Virus record (IMG/VR): IMGVR_UViG_3300033463_000093
Coordinates: 8,099-72,098 of that record
From: a virus
Lineage: Duplodnaviria > Caudoviricetes
Length of the DNA stretch: 64,000 nucleotides
Reading direction: 5' to 3' (one strand)
The notes under the pieces are model-generated. The model ran no database searches. It was given only the letters and a program-made list of their open reading frames with translations, and had not been told where the DNA came from. Positions 1-9,701 of the stretch are shown here, one piece after another. The translations under genes were made by a program, and so were the position numbers. The stretch's first letter is position 1; each line of letters begins with the position of its first letter.

Positions 1-178
1 ATTTCTTATAATGTCTAAACGGTACACCGTCTATCTCAAAGACTTGCTGCCCGCTTATCCTTACAACCTTTGCCATATCAGTCCTCCTTTCCTTTATTCC
101 CGCCAGCCAAAGCCAGCAGAGCTAATGTTAATACACAGCCAATTAATAGGCCGACTAAAAATACAATGATAAACTGTG

Positions 179-463
179 TCATATCCTCCCTCCTTCTTCA
201 TACTTCCAGCCCGGCAACCTATCACAGCCTGCTTGTTCACGTCCGCATTTAGTACAACGATATATGCCTATTAAAGAGCCATATGTAGTAGGACTCAATC
301 CGACATATGTCATCTGATGAACACAGTTCTCTTGGTCAACAGGATATTTTTTCACTTTATCTCCATCCATTTCCTGTTTCCATTCGCTCCACCAATGTTT
401 TTTTGTATAACGGATAAGATAAGAATTTTCTTTCTCTGCTACAAGTATAAATTTTTCTTTCAT
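179..463 (-). CDS. hypothetical phage protein with C-terminal Cys pair (CTKC)
   Basis: ORF track; part of tightly packed leftward operon. Confidence 0.6.
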   Translation of the reverse strand: MKEKFILVAEKENSYLIRYTKKHWWSEWKQEMDGDKVKKYPVDQENCVHQMTYVGLSPTTYGSLIGIYRCTKCGREQAGCDRLPGWKYEEGGRI

Positions 464-467
464 ATTA

Positions 468-680
468 CTATTCTTTTACATTTTCATCAATATAGTCTCT
501 GAGAAACGACAGTTCCTGATTAGCAGAAACAATAAGCGTTTCTAACTGCCTACGAGCAGCAATAACCCTATTGGAGTTCTGTAATGCAGCACTTGACACA
601 TATTCTCCAATCCACTTGTCAATGTCACCACAGAGTTTGTCAATATCCTGTAGTACTTCTTGTTTTGTCATATCAGTCAT
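468..680 (-). CDS. hypothetical phage protein
   Basis: ORF track; start overlaps the upstream stop. Confidence 0.6.
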   Translation of the reverse strand: MTDMTKQEVLQDIDKLCGDIDKWIGEYVSSAALQNSNRVIAARRQLETLIVSANQELSFLRDYIDENVKE

Positions 681-1188
681 CCTTAATGATTATCACTTTT
701 ACTTTATCGCCTTGTTTTAATAACCCATTATTAACAGCTTCAGTTATAAGCCTAATTTCTTCTCCGCCATCAAGACAAAACTCTGTAGGCTCATTTTCGT
801 AAGTAATAGGATATATCTTGTCATTATAGACAATAGCCTTGTTAATAGTCTGTTGTTTCTGCCACTGAGCACCCGCTTTTATTGCTGTCAACACTAATTC
901 TTCCGACCAAGCTGGTTCTTCGCGCTCATTAAGACTACCTTTATTAATGGTATCACAAGCGTCTGGCTCTATGTTTTTAAGGATACTTTTTGCCGCTTCT
1001 TCCAAGTCATTGCTTACAGGCTCTTCTGGGAGGGAGTTGATGAACTTTAAGAGCATCTGCATCCTTGTATAAACTACAGGGCTTGAAGGACTCGGTTCAA
1101 AACCTCCTTGGCATTGTTCTTCAAATAATGACATTTCTTCTGCCATTATTCTTTCAATCTCGGCTTTAATTTTATCTTTATCTGTCAT
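673..1188 (-). CDS. hypothetical phage protein
   Basis: 171 aa ORF, ATGA-type overlap with neighbour. Confidence 0.7.
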   Translation of the reverse strand: MTDKDKIKAEIERIMAEEMSLFEEQCQGGFEPSPSSPVVYTRMQMLLKFINSLPEEPVSNDLEEAAKSILKNIEPDACDTINKGSLNEREEPAWSEELVLTAIKAGAQWQKQQTINKAIVYNDKIYPITYENEPTEFCLDGGEEIRLITEAVNNGLLKQGDKVKVIIIKDD

Positions 1189-1466
1189 ACATCATCATGT
1201 CTTCTATAATCTACACATTTTTCTACAAGATTACTTCCGTGCTCAAAACATTGGCCAAAGCCTTCATAGTGTATACATTCTATGCAACCACATTGTGTCG
1301 TTAATGGTTGTTCTTTGTCTGTCATAACATTTTCGTATTTAGTTCTTACTTTATATTCTTTATCAATGTGCGCTATTGGCACTCTGTTAAACGGCTTGCA
1401 AAATTTCCATATTAATCTTTTATTAAAAGGATTCTTGAGCCATTTCTTGTATATTCTACGTTTCAT
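1185..1466 (-). CDS. hypothetical phage protein, Cys-rich C-terminus
   Basis: ORF track; CGCIECIH motif. Confidence 0.6.
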   Translation of the reverse strand: MKRRIYKKWLKNPFNKRLIWKFCKPFNRVPIAHIDKEYKVRTKYENVMTDKEQPLTTQCGCIECIHYEGFGQCFEHGSNLVEKCVDYRRHDDV

Positions 1467-1469
1467 AAC

Positions 1470-1649
1470 TCAATAGTTCTTTATATCCAAAAAATACTCA
1501 CACTTATCTACTTTCTTATCCAAGGTGTACATAGACACCAGTCCTGAGTAGAACTTTGCTCTATTACCTAACCAGAACCTGTAACAGCAAACCTTGCTGG
1601 CACACTTCTCGTTTTTGCAATGAAGCATATCTCCCTGATAATACGGCAT
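1470..1649 (-). CDS. small Cys-rich hypothetical protein
   Basis: start re-called at MPYYQGDMLHC, directly after the stop at 1651. Confidence 0.55.
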   Translation of the reverse strand: MPYYQGDMLHCKNEKCASKVCCYRFWLGNRAKFYSGLVSMYTLDKKVDKCEYFLDIKNY

Positions 1650-1650
1650 A

Positions 1651-2061
1651 CTATTCCTCCTTATGTTTGTTTTCAAACAACTCACACGCTTTATCACTTA
1701 GATTGACACAATAGTTCCTCTTAATTTTCTTCCCCCAAGTGCGTGCATCACAGAGATACATTTTGAGCCATCCAGACGGGTGACGAACACAATGTACACA
1801 GTTCCTACATCTCAGAGCTTTCTTCTTCTCTTCCTGTTCAAGCAGCCATCTTCGTTTGATTTCAGCTCTCAGTTCTTCTGTTGTAATTACTTCTTTCTCC
1901 AAGTCCACCTCTTTCACTTCAAGGGTGTCAAGAAAAGAAAGTAAACTTCCACAAACATATCTCTTCCCGAATACTTCATCCGTAAATGGTTCATAGTTTG
2001 TTTCGTGTTTTATTCTTTCTATCTCCGCTACTAAAGCGGATTTGTCAATATACTGTTTCAT
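1651..2061 (-). CDS. hypothetical phage protein with C-terminal Zn-binding Cys motif
   Basis: start re-called at MKQYIDKSAL; CRNCVHC motif. Confidence 0.65.
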   Translation of the reverse strand: MKQYIDKSALVAEIERIKHETNYEPFTDEVFGKRYVCGSLLSFLDTLEVKEVDLEKEVITTEELRAEIKRRWLLEQEEKKKALRCRNCVHCVRHPSGWLKMYLCDARTWGKKIKRNYCVNLSDKACELFENKHKEE

Positions 2062-2242
2062 AACTATTTTTGTTTTAATTATGAGGGAATCTGAAGAATC
2101 GAACTCCACATAACAAGATATAAGCACCTTCACTACAACAGAACTTTTAGAAAGAGAGTGCTTCTGCTGGTAACATCCTTATACTTCTGTTGATTCAGCT
2201 CTCGTTAGTCACCAAGAGATTCCCTACTATTTTTACTCCTCC

Positions 2243-2605
2243 TTATACTTTAATTTCCTTTTCAATGCCACAAAGTTTGATGGCGTGCTGTAGTTCATGA
2301 ACGTACATACAAGTAACCAATTCGCAAGTACCATTATCAGAGTGAATTTTTAATATAGTTCCACACCAAGATATTGAAAATTCGTCAGTATCAAAACATA
2401 GCCATCCGTCCCAATCTTCAAACCCATTCTGCTCCAATATCTCAGGAGTAAGAGGAATAGGCTCTATTTCATCGTATCTTAACGGAAACGCAGCCTCGGT
2501 GTAAACACTATTGCTATCAATATTGGTCACCGTAGTATTGTGCTGAGTTAACTTAACCATTACCCAATCCCCAATCATGATTGATCTACAATCTAACTTC
2601 TCCAT
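2243..2605 (-). CDS. hypothetical phage protein (possibly YopX-like)
   Basis: 'IMIGDWV...EPIPLTPEILEQNGF...VHELQH' pattern typical of Bacteroidetes phage accessory genes. Confidence 0.65.
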   Translation of the reverse strand: MEKLDCRSIMIGDWVMVKLTQHNTTVTNIDSNSVYTEAAFPLRYDEIEPIPLTPEILEQNGFEDWDGWLCFDTDEFSISWCGTILKIHSDNGTCELVTCMYVHELQHAIKLCGIEKEIKV

Positions 2606-2607
2606 AA

Positions 2608-4008
2608 CTATCCTCCTATTTCTTTTAGTCGCTCATATAATTCTCTCAAAAGACTTACCTTATAAATCCCTCCATTGGCAGCATTGTTCAGATTGTCAAG
2701 ATGTTCCTCACTCGGCTTCCACTGCTTCTGAGGACGGAGGGATTTGAGCCAATCAACACATCTATCTCTGTCAAGTTGTACACAAAATCCAGCGCGTAAA
2801 GCACTGTCTATAATATCAGTAGATAGTCTAATACATTTCTCATCCTCTTTATTCCGCTCATGTTGTGGTTGTACTCTGTCTTTGAGGGATTTGAGCCAGT
2901 CTTCTGCATACCAGAGATTACCCATATCATTTTCATCTTTGGCAATAGTTCTTGCTTGTTTTATCGCCCACAAAGCATCATTTAAACCAGCTTCGTCCTC
3001 TTCACTCCACTCTTGCTTTGGCTGCTCAATCTTTTTCAATTCTTTCTTTTCAAAGTCAAAGGTATATCCAGCTTCGTGCATCTTTTGGAATAAGAGGTCA
3101 CGCTGTTCTTTGGTTGCGGGTTCTAAATCCATTTCACTAACTATACCATAATCAGCAGGGTCGGTTCCTGTAAACTTATTTTTATTTATCCAAAAATCAC
3201 AATAAACCTTTATCCATCCACAAGTTTGTGACTTGAATATTAAAATGGTATTAGTTTCATTTTCATATAATACATCCCCATCCTTTGCATCTTGGATAGT
3301 CCAGAGCATTGCGTTTTCCATCTTTTTAGAAGAAAGCCATGTTCCTTTTGTAAACCAGTAATGAAAAGTTCCATCAAGCACAGTGTCTATACATGATATT
3401 TGTAGTGTTTTGCCATTTCGTACCACCCAGTCACCAATCTTAAACTTTGGTTCAACCTTATCAGCAGGTTTCTGCTCACCTTGATTTTCAAAGGATTTAA
3501 TATAATGTTCTCCCTCTTTCCAATGTTTAACGATATAGTCTAATTGGCTACCGTGTTCAGTATTACAAACGCCTTTAGTAAGTTCTTTCCAATAATTACC
3601 AAGCTCCCATACATTACGAATAATTTCTTCTAACGGAATGATTTCTTCACTTTGCTTTTCATCTTTCTTTGCTACTCTATTAAGTTGGGAAAGATTGACA
3701 AGCACACCATCCTCGTTCTTTGTTACCTTGTCACCAACTTGGATAGAGTCACGGAACTTTTTATGCTCTGCTTGCTCTTCAAGATAAGCAATAATATCCT
3801 TAACTGGCATACCGTTCCATTCTTCCTTTGTCTTGTTCCTGAAATGATAAAGAAGATGTTTACTTATCCTCTCATCATCGCTCTCTGTGAGTTCTGGAAA
3901 GATTGATTCATAATCTTCCATGTCTGATGTATATTCATTGGCTTTTGCCTCGTTATATAATTTACGGGCAGTCGCTAAAGCTTTTTCGTACTTTTCTTTG
4001 TAGTCCAT
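2608..4008 (-). CDS. mosaic hypothetical phage protein
   Basis: 466 aa ORF built from recurrent modules (EPKFKIGDWVV, LWTIQDAKDGDVL, WSEEDE, WKPSEE). Confidence 0.8.
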   Translation of the reverse strand: MDYKEKYEKALATARKLYNEAKANEYTSDMEDYESIFPELTESDDERISKHLLYHFRNKTKEEWNGMPVKDIIAYLEEQAEHKKFRDSIQVGDKVTKNEDGVLVNLSQLNRVAKKDEKQSEEIIPLEEIIRNVWELGNYWKELTKGVCNTEHGSQLDYIVKHWKEGEHYIKSFENQGEQKPADKVEPKFKIGDWVVRNGKTLQISCIDTVLDGTFHYWFTKGTWLSSKKMENAMLWTIQDAKDGDVLYENETNTILIFKSQTCGWIKVYCDFWINKNKFTGTDPADYGIVSEMDLEPATKEQRDLLFQKMHEAGYTFDFEKKELKKIEQPKQEWSEEDEAGLNDALWAIKQARTIAKDENDMGNLWYAEDWLKSLKDRVQPQHERNKEDEKCIRLSTDIIDSALRAGFCVQLDRDRCVDWLKSLRPQKQWKPSEEHLDNLNNAANGGIYKVSLLRELYERLKEIGG

Positions 4009-4009
4009 A

Positions 4010-4240
4010 TTATTCTCCTTTTAGTTGTTTAATAAGTTCCTTTGCACGATGCACTCTGTTTGCATGTAAGAAGGAATCGTCACAAATGATTTCCTCAAAC
4101 AGTTTGAGAATAGCGTTTGCTCCTCTTTTGAACATAACAGTTGCTTCAATCTTTGCCATGTGCTTACCATCAAGTGATATCAGGATATACCCCTTTTCCT
4201 TAAGGCTTTCCTTTGCAAGTTGTTCTATTGTCTTTGTCAT
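4010..4240 (-). CDS. hypothetical phage protein
   Basis: ORF track; operon packing. Confidence 0.6.
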   Translation of the reverse strand: MTKTIEQLAKESLKEKGYILISLDGKHMAKIEATVMFKRGANAILKLFEEIICDDSFLHANRVHRAKELIKQLKGE

Positions 4241-4245
4241 AATCG

Positions 4246-4536
4246 TTACTTTTTCGTTTTTATTTTCTCATCGGAGGCAAAAACGACCATTTGCCTCCGA
4301 TTTACATCTTCCTGCATAGCCTTTTTGAAGTCTTCAAACTGAAGATGTGACAAATCGGTGTGTTTGACAAGCCACTCGCAAGCCTTCTCGATGTCTACCA
4401 ACCCGTTGCGAATATGGCGGTCCGCCCATTCTGCTCCAAGCACAAAGTATCTCTTGAACGGAATCAGCTCGACACCGATCTGGTCGTTTGCAGCGAGCTG
4501 TATCTGCTCCTTCCTCGTTATAACCTTTTCAATCAT
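4246..4536 (-). CDS. hypothetical phage protein
   Basis: start re-called at MIEKVITRK, adjacent to upstream stop. Confidence 0.55.
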   Translation of the reverse strand: MIEKVITRKEQIQLAANDQIGVELIPFKRYFVLGAEWADRHIRNGLVDIEKACEWLVKHTDLSHLQFEDFKKAMQEDVNRRQMVVFASDEKIKTKK

Positions 4537-4537
4537 G

Positions 4538-4720
4538 TCATGGCAGGTTGTCGTTGGCGGAGCAGATGTCGTCGTACGCATTGCGTATTTTCCTAAACTC
4601 TTCATTGGAGAGTTCGTGAGAGTCGTGACGCCTGTACATGAGGTCGTCGAGCATGTTGCGAAGGTCCTGGATATGTTCCCTTGCCTTCCTGATGATGATT
4701 TCCTGTTGATAGTTTAACAT
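4538..4720 (-). CDS. small hypothetical protein
   Basis: ORF track. Confidence 0.55.
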   Translation of the reverse strand: MLNYQQEIIIRKAREHIQDLRNMLDDLMYRRHDSHELSNEEFRKIRNAYDDICSANDNLP

Positions 4721-4745
4721 AACTGTATTTGTATTAATTGTTAGT

Positions 4746-5327
4746 TTATCCTCTTAATGACTGTCCCTTGAACAGGACGGTTGTAGTTATCGACCTGAGT
4801 CTGTCTATAGTACGCTCGCCGTATCTGTCGGCGATCTCCTTGAGCCCAAGATTGGTTGATGCAATGAGCAGCTTCTGCTTTCGCTCACAGAGATCGACAA
4901 GCTCGCGGAAGAAGTCGTGCTTCTCTCCGAACTGGTTCGCTATGTCCTCCGTTCCCACGTCGTCGACGGAGATAATCTTATACCGGCTTATCTCCTCATA
5001 CCTTGCAGACAGCTCCGTTGCGGTCAGCGTGTTGACGATTAGGCCGTGCCAGTGCCGGAAAACGATAGGAAGGATCCTCTGCGTTATCAGGGACTTGCCC
5101 CTTCCGCAGTTGCCGTAGCACAGAATCCCACGGCTCTTGTTGTCGGCCATCCATTCCGCCACCGACTCGTATTCCGGCAGCCATTGTGTACTGTCGCCGC
5201 AGAAATGCACAAGGCCACGCATGAGCACACGCCTTGCGTCAGCCGTCTCTATGTGTACACGGGTGTCATCGGCACGGAATCCGCTGATGCGCTGGCTGTC
5301 TATTATCTCCTTTAGTTCATTCACCAT
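4746..5327 (-). CDS. DnaC/IstB-like AAA+ ATPase (helicase loader)
   Basis: Walker A GNCGRGKS, Walker B ISVDDVG, 'ASTNL', 'YGERTIDRL'; directly downstream of initiator. Confidence 0.85.
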   Translation of the reverse strand: MVNELKEIIDSQRISGFRADDTRVHIETADARRVLMRGLVHFCGDSTQWLPEYESVAEWMADNKSRGILCYGNCGRGKSLITQRILPIVFRHWHGLIVNTLTATELSARYEEISRYKIISVDDVGTEDIANQFGEKHDFFRELVDLCERKQKLLIASTNLGLKEIADRYGERTIDRLRSITTTVLFKGQSLRG

Positions 5328-6058
5328 GATTTTAAGTCGTTTTCATATTTTTCCGGATTGTTGTCTTTCAGATCAAACCCAAGAGGGAGAGTGTCACGCT
5401 TCATCTGATTGTTCTTCCATGTCCTGACGGCAGCCTTCCAGTCCTTTATCGGGTTATGGCCCTTTCCGTAGACCCAGCCAACCATCTCGTAATGGTCGAA
5501 TATCTTTTGTGCGTCCAGGTTATATCCCTTCTCGATGATATATGCCCTGATTTCCTCAACCGTAGGCTTGACGAACTTTGATGTCCTCTTTCGTTCCCCC
5601 TTGGGGGATAAAGGGGGATTATTCTTTTTAAGTTCTTCATTAAGACATGATATATAATTATCATTCTTATATGCGCGAGGTGTATCGTTTGGTGTATCGT
5701 TTGGTGTATCACTAACACACTCCAAATCCTTTGTAGACGGGCTTTTAGGTGTATCGTTTGGTGTATCGTTTGGTGTATCATTTAGTGTATCACTCACTGT
5801 AAAGACAGTAATTCCGTTAATCTTTGAGACCGTGATGTACCCTTCGTCTGACACGGCCTTTATGAACCTCTGCACCTTTGCGAGACACCACCTCCACCTG
5901 TCTGCGAGCGCACGGATGCTGACGGTAACCATTCGTGTCTTGAAGTCCGCCGACTGGTATATGTCTGTCAGCGCCTCATACTTGCTGAACACCCTTTTCT
6001 CGTTCCAGATGTCAGAAGAGAAGACCTTCCGTGGTATCTTTATAAATCCTTTGCACAT
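5321..6058 (-). CDS. phage replication initiator (lambda O / replisome-organiser type)
   Basis: N-terminal wHTH-like region, internal NDTP repeats from iterons, C-terminal 'KDWKAAVRTW' motif. Confidence 0.8.
   Translation of the reverse strand: MCKGFIKIPRKVFSSDIWNEKRVFSKYEALTDIYQSADFKTRMVTVSIRALADRWRWCLAKVQRFIKAVSDEGYITVSKINGITVFTVSDTLNDTPNDTPNDTPKSPSTKDLECVSDTPNDTPNDTPRAYKNDNYISCLNEELKKNNPPLSPKGERKRTSKFVKPTVEEIRAYIIEKGYNLDAQKIFDHYEMVGWVYGKGHNPIKDWKAAVRTWKNNQMKRDTLPLGFDLKDNNPEKYENDLKSW
5679..5794. repeat. 7 copies of 12-bp iteron GGTGTATCGTTT in two blocks (candidate replication origin)
   Basis: direct repeats at 5679-5713 (3 copies) and 5748-5794 (4 copies) inside the initiator gene. Confidence 0.75.
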
Positions 6059-6251
6059 GTTCTGTATCGCATAGCTCTTCGTATTCGCATTTTCTGTTGT
6101 TGTAGGTATCGAGTTCCTGATATAGTTCAGGGTGAGAGAAAAACTCAGAGAGTCTGTTGTTGGAGTAGTACGGGCAATGGTCGCGCACCCTGCATGCGTA
6201 CTCGTTGAAGTTTCCGTCGAGGCGTATGCCCATGCAGTAGCCGACCATCAC
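6012..6251 (-). CDS. small Cys-containing hypothetical protein
   Basis: ORF track; overlaps both neighbours in operon fashion. Confidence 0.55.
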   Translation of the reverse strand: MMVGYCMGIRLDGNFNEYACRVRDHCPYYSNNRLSEFFSHPELYQELDTYNNRKCEYEELCDTEHVQRIYKDTTEGLLF

Positions 6252-6670
6252 TTGTACGTCTGGTAGAACTCCTCGAAATACCTGTCCTCTGGAAGCGGCA
6301 GCGTTATGCCGAACTCAGTCAGCGCATCAGCCTGCACGTTGTCGAGGAACCATTTCATCTCCTCCTTGCTGAGCCTGCTCGTACCGCGTACCACGATCTC
6401 CGTGCTGCCGTTCCATTCGATGTCCTTCGTGAGGAACCTCTTGCAGTAGTAGTCGTGGACGTCCTGCCGCATCGTCCCCGTCTCCTGCTCTATGCATGTG
6501 AACCACAGCCACATCAGCGAGTTCTGGTCGATGCTGCGCGGCTCCCTCGCACGGGTTATCGTCACCGTATAGGTCCCGTTACGCAGGAGTGAAAGCACGG
6601 CGGCAGGCTCCTTGGAATAGGAGACCTGGTCGCCCTGCTTCGTTATAGAGAAAGAGTGTACCTTTGCCAT
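6248..6670 (-). CDS. ninB: NinB/Orf-like recombination mediator
   Basis: 'RSIDQNSLMWLW...TSRLSKEEMKWFLDNVQADA...GITLP' NinB pattern. Confidence 0.75.
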   Translation of the reverse strand: MAKVHSFSITKQGDQVSYSKEPAAVLSLLRNGTYTVTITRAREPRSIDQNSLMWLWFTCIEQETGTMRQDVHDYYCKRFLTKDIEWNGSTEIVVRGTSRLSKEEMKWFLDNVQADALTEFGITLPLPEDRYFEEFYQTYK

Positions 6671-6673
6671 TTG

Positions 6674-7090
6674 TTAGAATGGTAATGTCGGGTCGTTCTG
6701 CGACTCTGGAGCGTGTGTCTGTTGTGCGGCTGCCTGCTGGCTCTTCTGGGAGAACATCTCGATGTCGTACGGACGCACACGGGTGAAGACGTCCTGCTTT
6801 CCGGTGGTCTTGTTGGTGTACTTGGTGCCCTGGATGTCAAAGGTGACGGTCACGATGTCATCCTTCTTCAGTCCCTGCTCGACGAGGGTGTTGAGCTTGT
6901 CGAGGACCTTGCCTCCGAACTCAAGGAGCGGAGTGTTCTCGAAACCGCGCTCGCCCGTGTACTGGTCGTAGCGCGTGCAGTCCATGAAGAGCTTGCGCTT
7001 CTGCATCGGCTGCTTGCTTGGGTCGTTACTTGGTATAGTCTCGATTTCGCTGACGGCAATAACCTTGCCTGTAATTTGATTTTGTGCCAT
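6674..7090 (-). CDS. DUF3127-family OB-fold protein (putative SSB)
   Basis: 'ITGKVIAV...VTVTFDIQG...FTRVRPY' with 'DPTLPF' C-terminus. Confidence 0.7.
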   Translation of the reverse strand: MAQNQITGKVIAVSEIETIPSNDPSKQPMQKRKLFMDCTRYDQYTGERGFENTPLLEFGGKVLDKLNTLVEQGLKKDDIVTVTFDIQGTKYTNKTTGKQDVFTRVRPYDIEMFSQKSQQAAAQQTHAPESQNDPTLPF

Positions 7091-7125
7091 AGTGCAAATA
7101 ATTTAAAATAGTTTATTGTCAAACA

Positions 7126-7299
7126 TTACAATTCTCGATACAGATACGGTCTTGGTCTTTTCGACTGTAGGAACTTGTTGTAGACCACGACGCAGTTGTC
7201 ATAGTGGCACGGTGTGCATATTGGTTCACGAATACCAGAAAGTCTGTTCGTTGCAACGACTACATGATAGACGTTTTTGTCAGTTTTTTTCTTACTCAT
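7126..7299 (-). CDS. small hypothetical protein (57 aa, below the ORF-track cutoff)
   Basis: manual translation MSKKKTDKNVYHVVVATNRLSG...YLYREL*; overlaps the upstream stop. Confidence 0.5.
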   Translation of the reverse strand: MSKKKTDKNVYHVVVATNRLSGIREPICTPCHYDNCVVVYNKFLQSKRPRPYLYREL

Positions 7300-8201
7300 A
7301 ATATTGTTATTTTTAGTGATCCGCTTCTGTTTGTTGTCTTGACGTATTTCTCGTACACCTCTGGCATCTCTTCCTTCAGGCGCTTCGAGTCTAATGTCTC
7401 TGACTTGGTGGGCAGGACACGGGTGATCATCACCTTCTGTCCACGGAACGACTTGACGTCATTCGTTCCCATCAGTTCGTACAGGCCCTTCTTGAGCTGG
7501 TCCTCACGCTCCTTGCACTCCTTGAGCTGCTGCTCGATGCGGACCACCTCGTCCTCGACCTCTGACAGGCGTGCGGGAAGGCTCCCGTAGAGCATGTTCT
7601 GGTCGAACGGCTGGTCCGCAAGGTCTGCCTCGACGAGGCTTCTTATGACTTCCATGTCCATTATCTGCAACTCGCTAAGCTCTGCTATCGACGTGTCCTT
7701 GTTCGGCAGCCAGAGGACGTAGATGTGCTTGACCTCAAGCCCCGGGTTCTGTATCTCGAACAGCCATTTGTAGACGGAGAGCTGCAACTTGACGGACATG
7801 TAGTCGAGATCGTATGTCGTCTTTGTGTCGACAAGGCAGATCTCGTCATTCGCATTCTCCATCACGATGTCGATGGACGAGGCGTAGTTCTTCTCGTCGC
7901 TGACGAGGTACTCGTTGGCGATGGTCGTAAGTCCGTGCTCCCCTTTCAGGCGCTCGTAGGATGCGATGCGCGGATCGTCGCTCTCGGTCTGGCCGAAATG
8001 GTCGTAGAACTCGATGGCCTCGTGCAGGGAGTGTCCTTTCTCTGCTGCGCGTGCCAGTCTCTCAGGGTCGACGTCCTTGTATTTGTCTGGGAACGCACGG
8101 TTTATGAGTGTGGATGTGACGCCTCTCAGGATGACGCCGTCGAGCGTATAGGTGTGAGTCGTCGCGTCAAAAAGGACTGGTGATTTTCTAAGATATCTCA
8201 T
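7296..8201 (-). CDS. PD-(D/E)XK exonuclease (Cas4/YqaJ-like)
   Basis: 'FDATTHTYTLDG...GVTS', 'ASSIDIV...LVDTKTT', 'QLSVY'; next to SSAP. Confidence 0.8.
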   Translation of the reverse strand: MRYLRKSPVLFDATTHTYTLDGVILRGVTSTLINRAFPDKYKDVDPERLARAAEKGHSLHEAIEFYDHFGQTESDDPRIASYERLKGEHGLTTIANEYLVSDEKNYASSIDIVMENANDEICLVDTKTTYDLDYMSVKLQLSVYKWLFEIQNPGLEVKHIYVLWLPNKDTSIAELSELQIMDMEVIRSLVEADLADQPFDQNMLYGSLPARLSEVEDEVVRIEQQLKECKEREDQLKKGLYELMGTNDVKSFRGQKVMITRVLPTKSETLDSKRLKEEMPEVYEKYVKTTNRSGSLKITIL

Positions 8202-8947
8202 TTCTGCACCTCCTTATACCTTTTGTTCATCGCGTCCTTGTATGGAGCATAGTTGTGCAGTCCTGGGACCTGGCTGTGTATCTTCTGCAAGGTCTCTATG
8301 TCCTTCGCGCCGTTGATGTCAGGGAGAAGCTCGAGCAATGCGTTCTCAAGCTCTTCCTTATCGAACAGGATTCCCTGCGGGTCCTGTTGTTTTGGTGCTG
8401 CTTTTGCCTTTGTGGATTTTGCAGGCTTTGGTGTAGCAGGTGCAGGAGCTGCATCTTGAATCGGGTCTTCGGGAAGATCTTCTCCGGCGTAAATGTATAG
8501 GCCAAGCCCGAACATGGCAAGATTCTTGACAAGGCAGCGCATAATCGTTTTGTTGATATCGAACATCGTAGCAGCCTGTACGGTCTTTGTTACATACTGA
8601 TTCTTTTTGAAGTCCCATACCTGATACTGATATGCCTGCCTGCGCATCGCCTTATTAGCCCCGTCCATTACAGGCAGCCACATCTCATGCGTCTGTCCGT
8701 TGATGGTGACCGTCGTCATGCACATCAGGCCGAAATCGGCATCCTCAATGTACGGACAGTTCCTCTCGTCCCTATAGATGGAGTATTCTGCATTGGGATA
8801 AAGCTTCTTTACCTCGGCCCATGCCCAAGGCCAACTCAAATAAGTGAGCTCTTTGTTACCTCCCGTTGGCTTCTTTTCCGTGTGTCCATTTACATTTATT
8901 GCACTCAGCTGGGCGAACACACTTTTAATCGTAGATTCTTTACTCAT
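8198..8947 (-). CDS. DUF1071 / Sak3-like single-strand annealing protein
   Basis: 'LTYLSWPWAW', 'MWLPVMDGANK', 'MRCLVKNLAMFGLGLYIYAGEDLP'. Confidence 0.85.
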   Translation of the reverse strand: MSKESTIKSVFAQLSAINVNGHTEKKPTGGNKELTYLSWPWAWAEVKKLYPNAEYSIYRDERNCPYIEDADFGLMCMTTVTINGQTHEMWLPVMDGANKAMRRQAYQYQVWDFKKNQYVTKTVQAATMFDINKTIMRCLVKNLAMFGLGLYIYAGEDLPEDPIQDAAPAPATPKPAKSTKAKAAPKQQDPQGILFDKEELENALLELLPDINGAKDIETLQKIHSQVPGLHNYAPYKDAMNKRYKEVQK

Positions 8948-8967
8948 AATGTAAAAATTTTTAATTA

Positions 8968-9273
8968 TCACTTCCCTTTAAGGAATATAGATCCGTGCTT
9001 TTGCTCGAAGTCGCGGATTGACTGGCTTGTCCTGCCGTGTTCTGCCACATACTCGAGCCATTCTTTCTTACGGATGCGTCCGTCGCCCTTGCCAGCATTC
9101 TCAAGGTGCGGGTCCATTCTCCACGAGTTGCAGTATTCCGACGGATGCGTCGGCTTCCTGATGAGTGTGCAGAGACGCTCCTTCTCACTCTTGAACTCCT
9201 TGAACATACAGGAGGCGCAGCACACCACGATGCTGACTCCGAATCCGTTCTTAACTGTCTGTTTTTCTGTCAT
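8968..9273 (-). CDS. Cys-rich hypothetical protein
   Basis: ORF track; CCASC motif. Confidence 0.65.
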   Translation of the reverse strand: MTEKQTVKNGFGVSIVVCCASCMFKEFKSEKERLCTLIRKPTHPSEYCNSWRMDPHLENAGKGDGRIRKKEWLEYVAEHGRTSQSIRDFEQKHGSIFLKGK

Positions 9274-9279
9274 AATTTT

Positions 9280-9465
9280 TTATTCTTGCTTTTTAGTCCA
9301 TCCGTTGCACTTGTAGACGAATTTCTCCGCCTGTATCTTTGTCGGGAAATCGGCTATGAACTCGTCAATCCTCGCGCCGTCCGTACCACGTTTCCCGACC
9401 TTCCACACGCCGTAGGATGCGCGGTGCCTACCGTAGTAGTACTGTCCCTCTCTCAGTTCCGGCAT
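9280..9465 (-). CDS. small hypothetical protein
   Basis: ORF track. Confidence 0.6.
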   Translation of the reverse strand: MPELREGQYYYGRHRASYGVWKVGKRGTDGARIDEFIADFPTKIQAEKFVYKCNGWTKKQE

Positions 9466-9701
9466 GGCCTTACCTCTTTAGGGAACCTCTCGTCAAAGCG
9501 TGCCGCAATCTCGATGACTGCGGAGTACCACAGCTCGATCTCGTCGTCGAGGGACTTGACTGCCTCCTCCTCAGAGGGCTGCGGGTCTCCGTAGATGGTC
9601 TTGCCACGGAATGAGCCCCGTGCCTGGAATTTCGTGGGCTTGTCCTTGTGCCACGCCACGGGGTAGACGTCGAACAACGCCTGTTCATCTTTCTTTGTCA
9701 T
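9453..9701 (-). CDS. hypothetical protein
   Basis: ORF track; overlaps neighbours. Confidence 0.6.
   Translation of the reverse strand: MTKKDEQALFDVYPVAWHKDKPTKFQARGSFRGKTIYGDPQPSEEEAVKSLDDEIELWYSAVIEIAARFDERFPKEVRPCRN

Noticed and set aside
5679-5794. CRISPR array
   Set aside because: These are tandem 12-bp repeats without unique spacers, inside a coding gene. No cas operon is present; the Cas4-like fold at 7296 is a recombination exonuclease.
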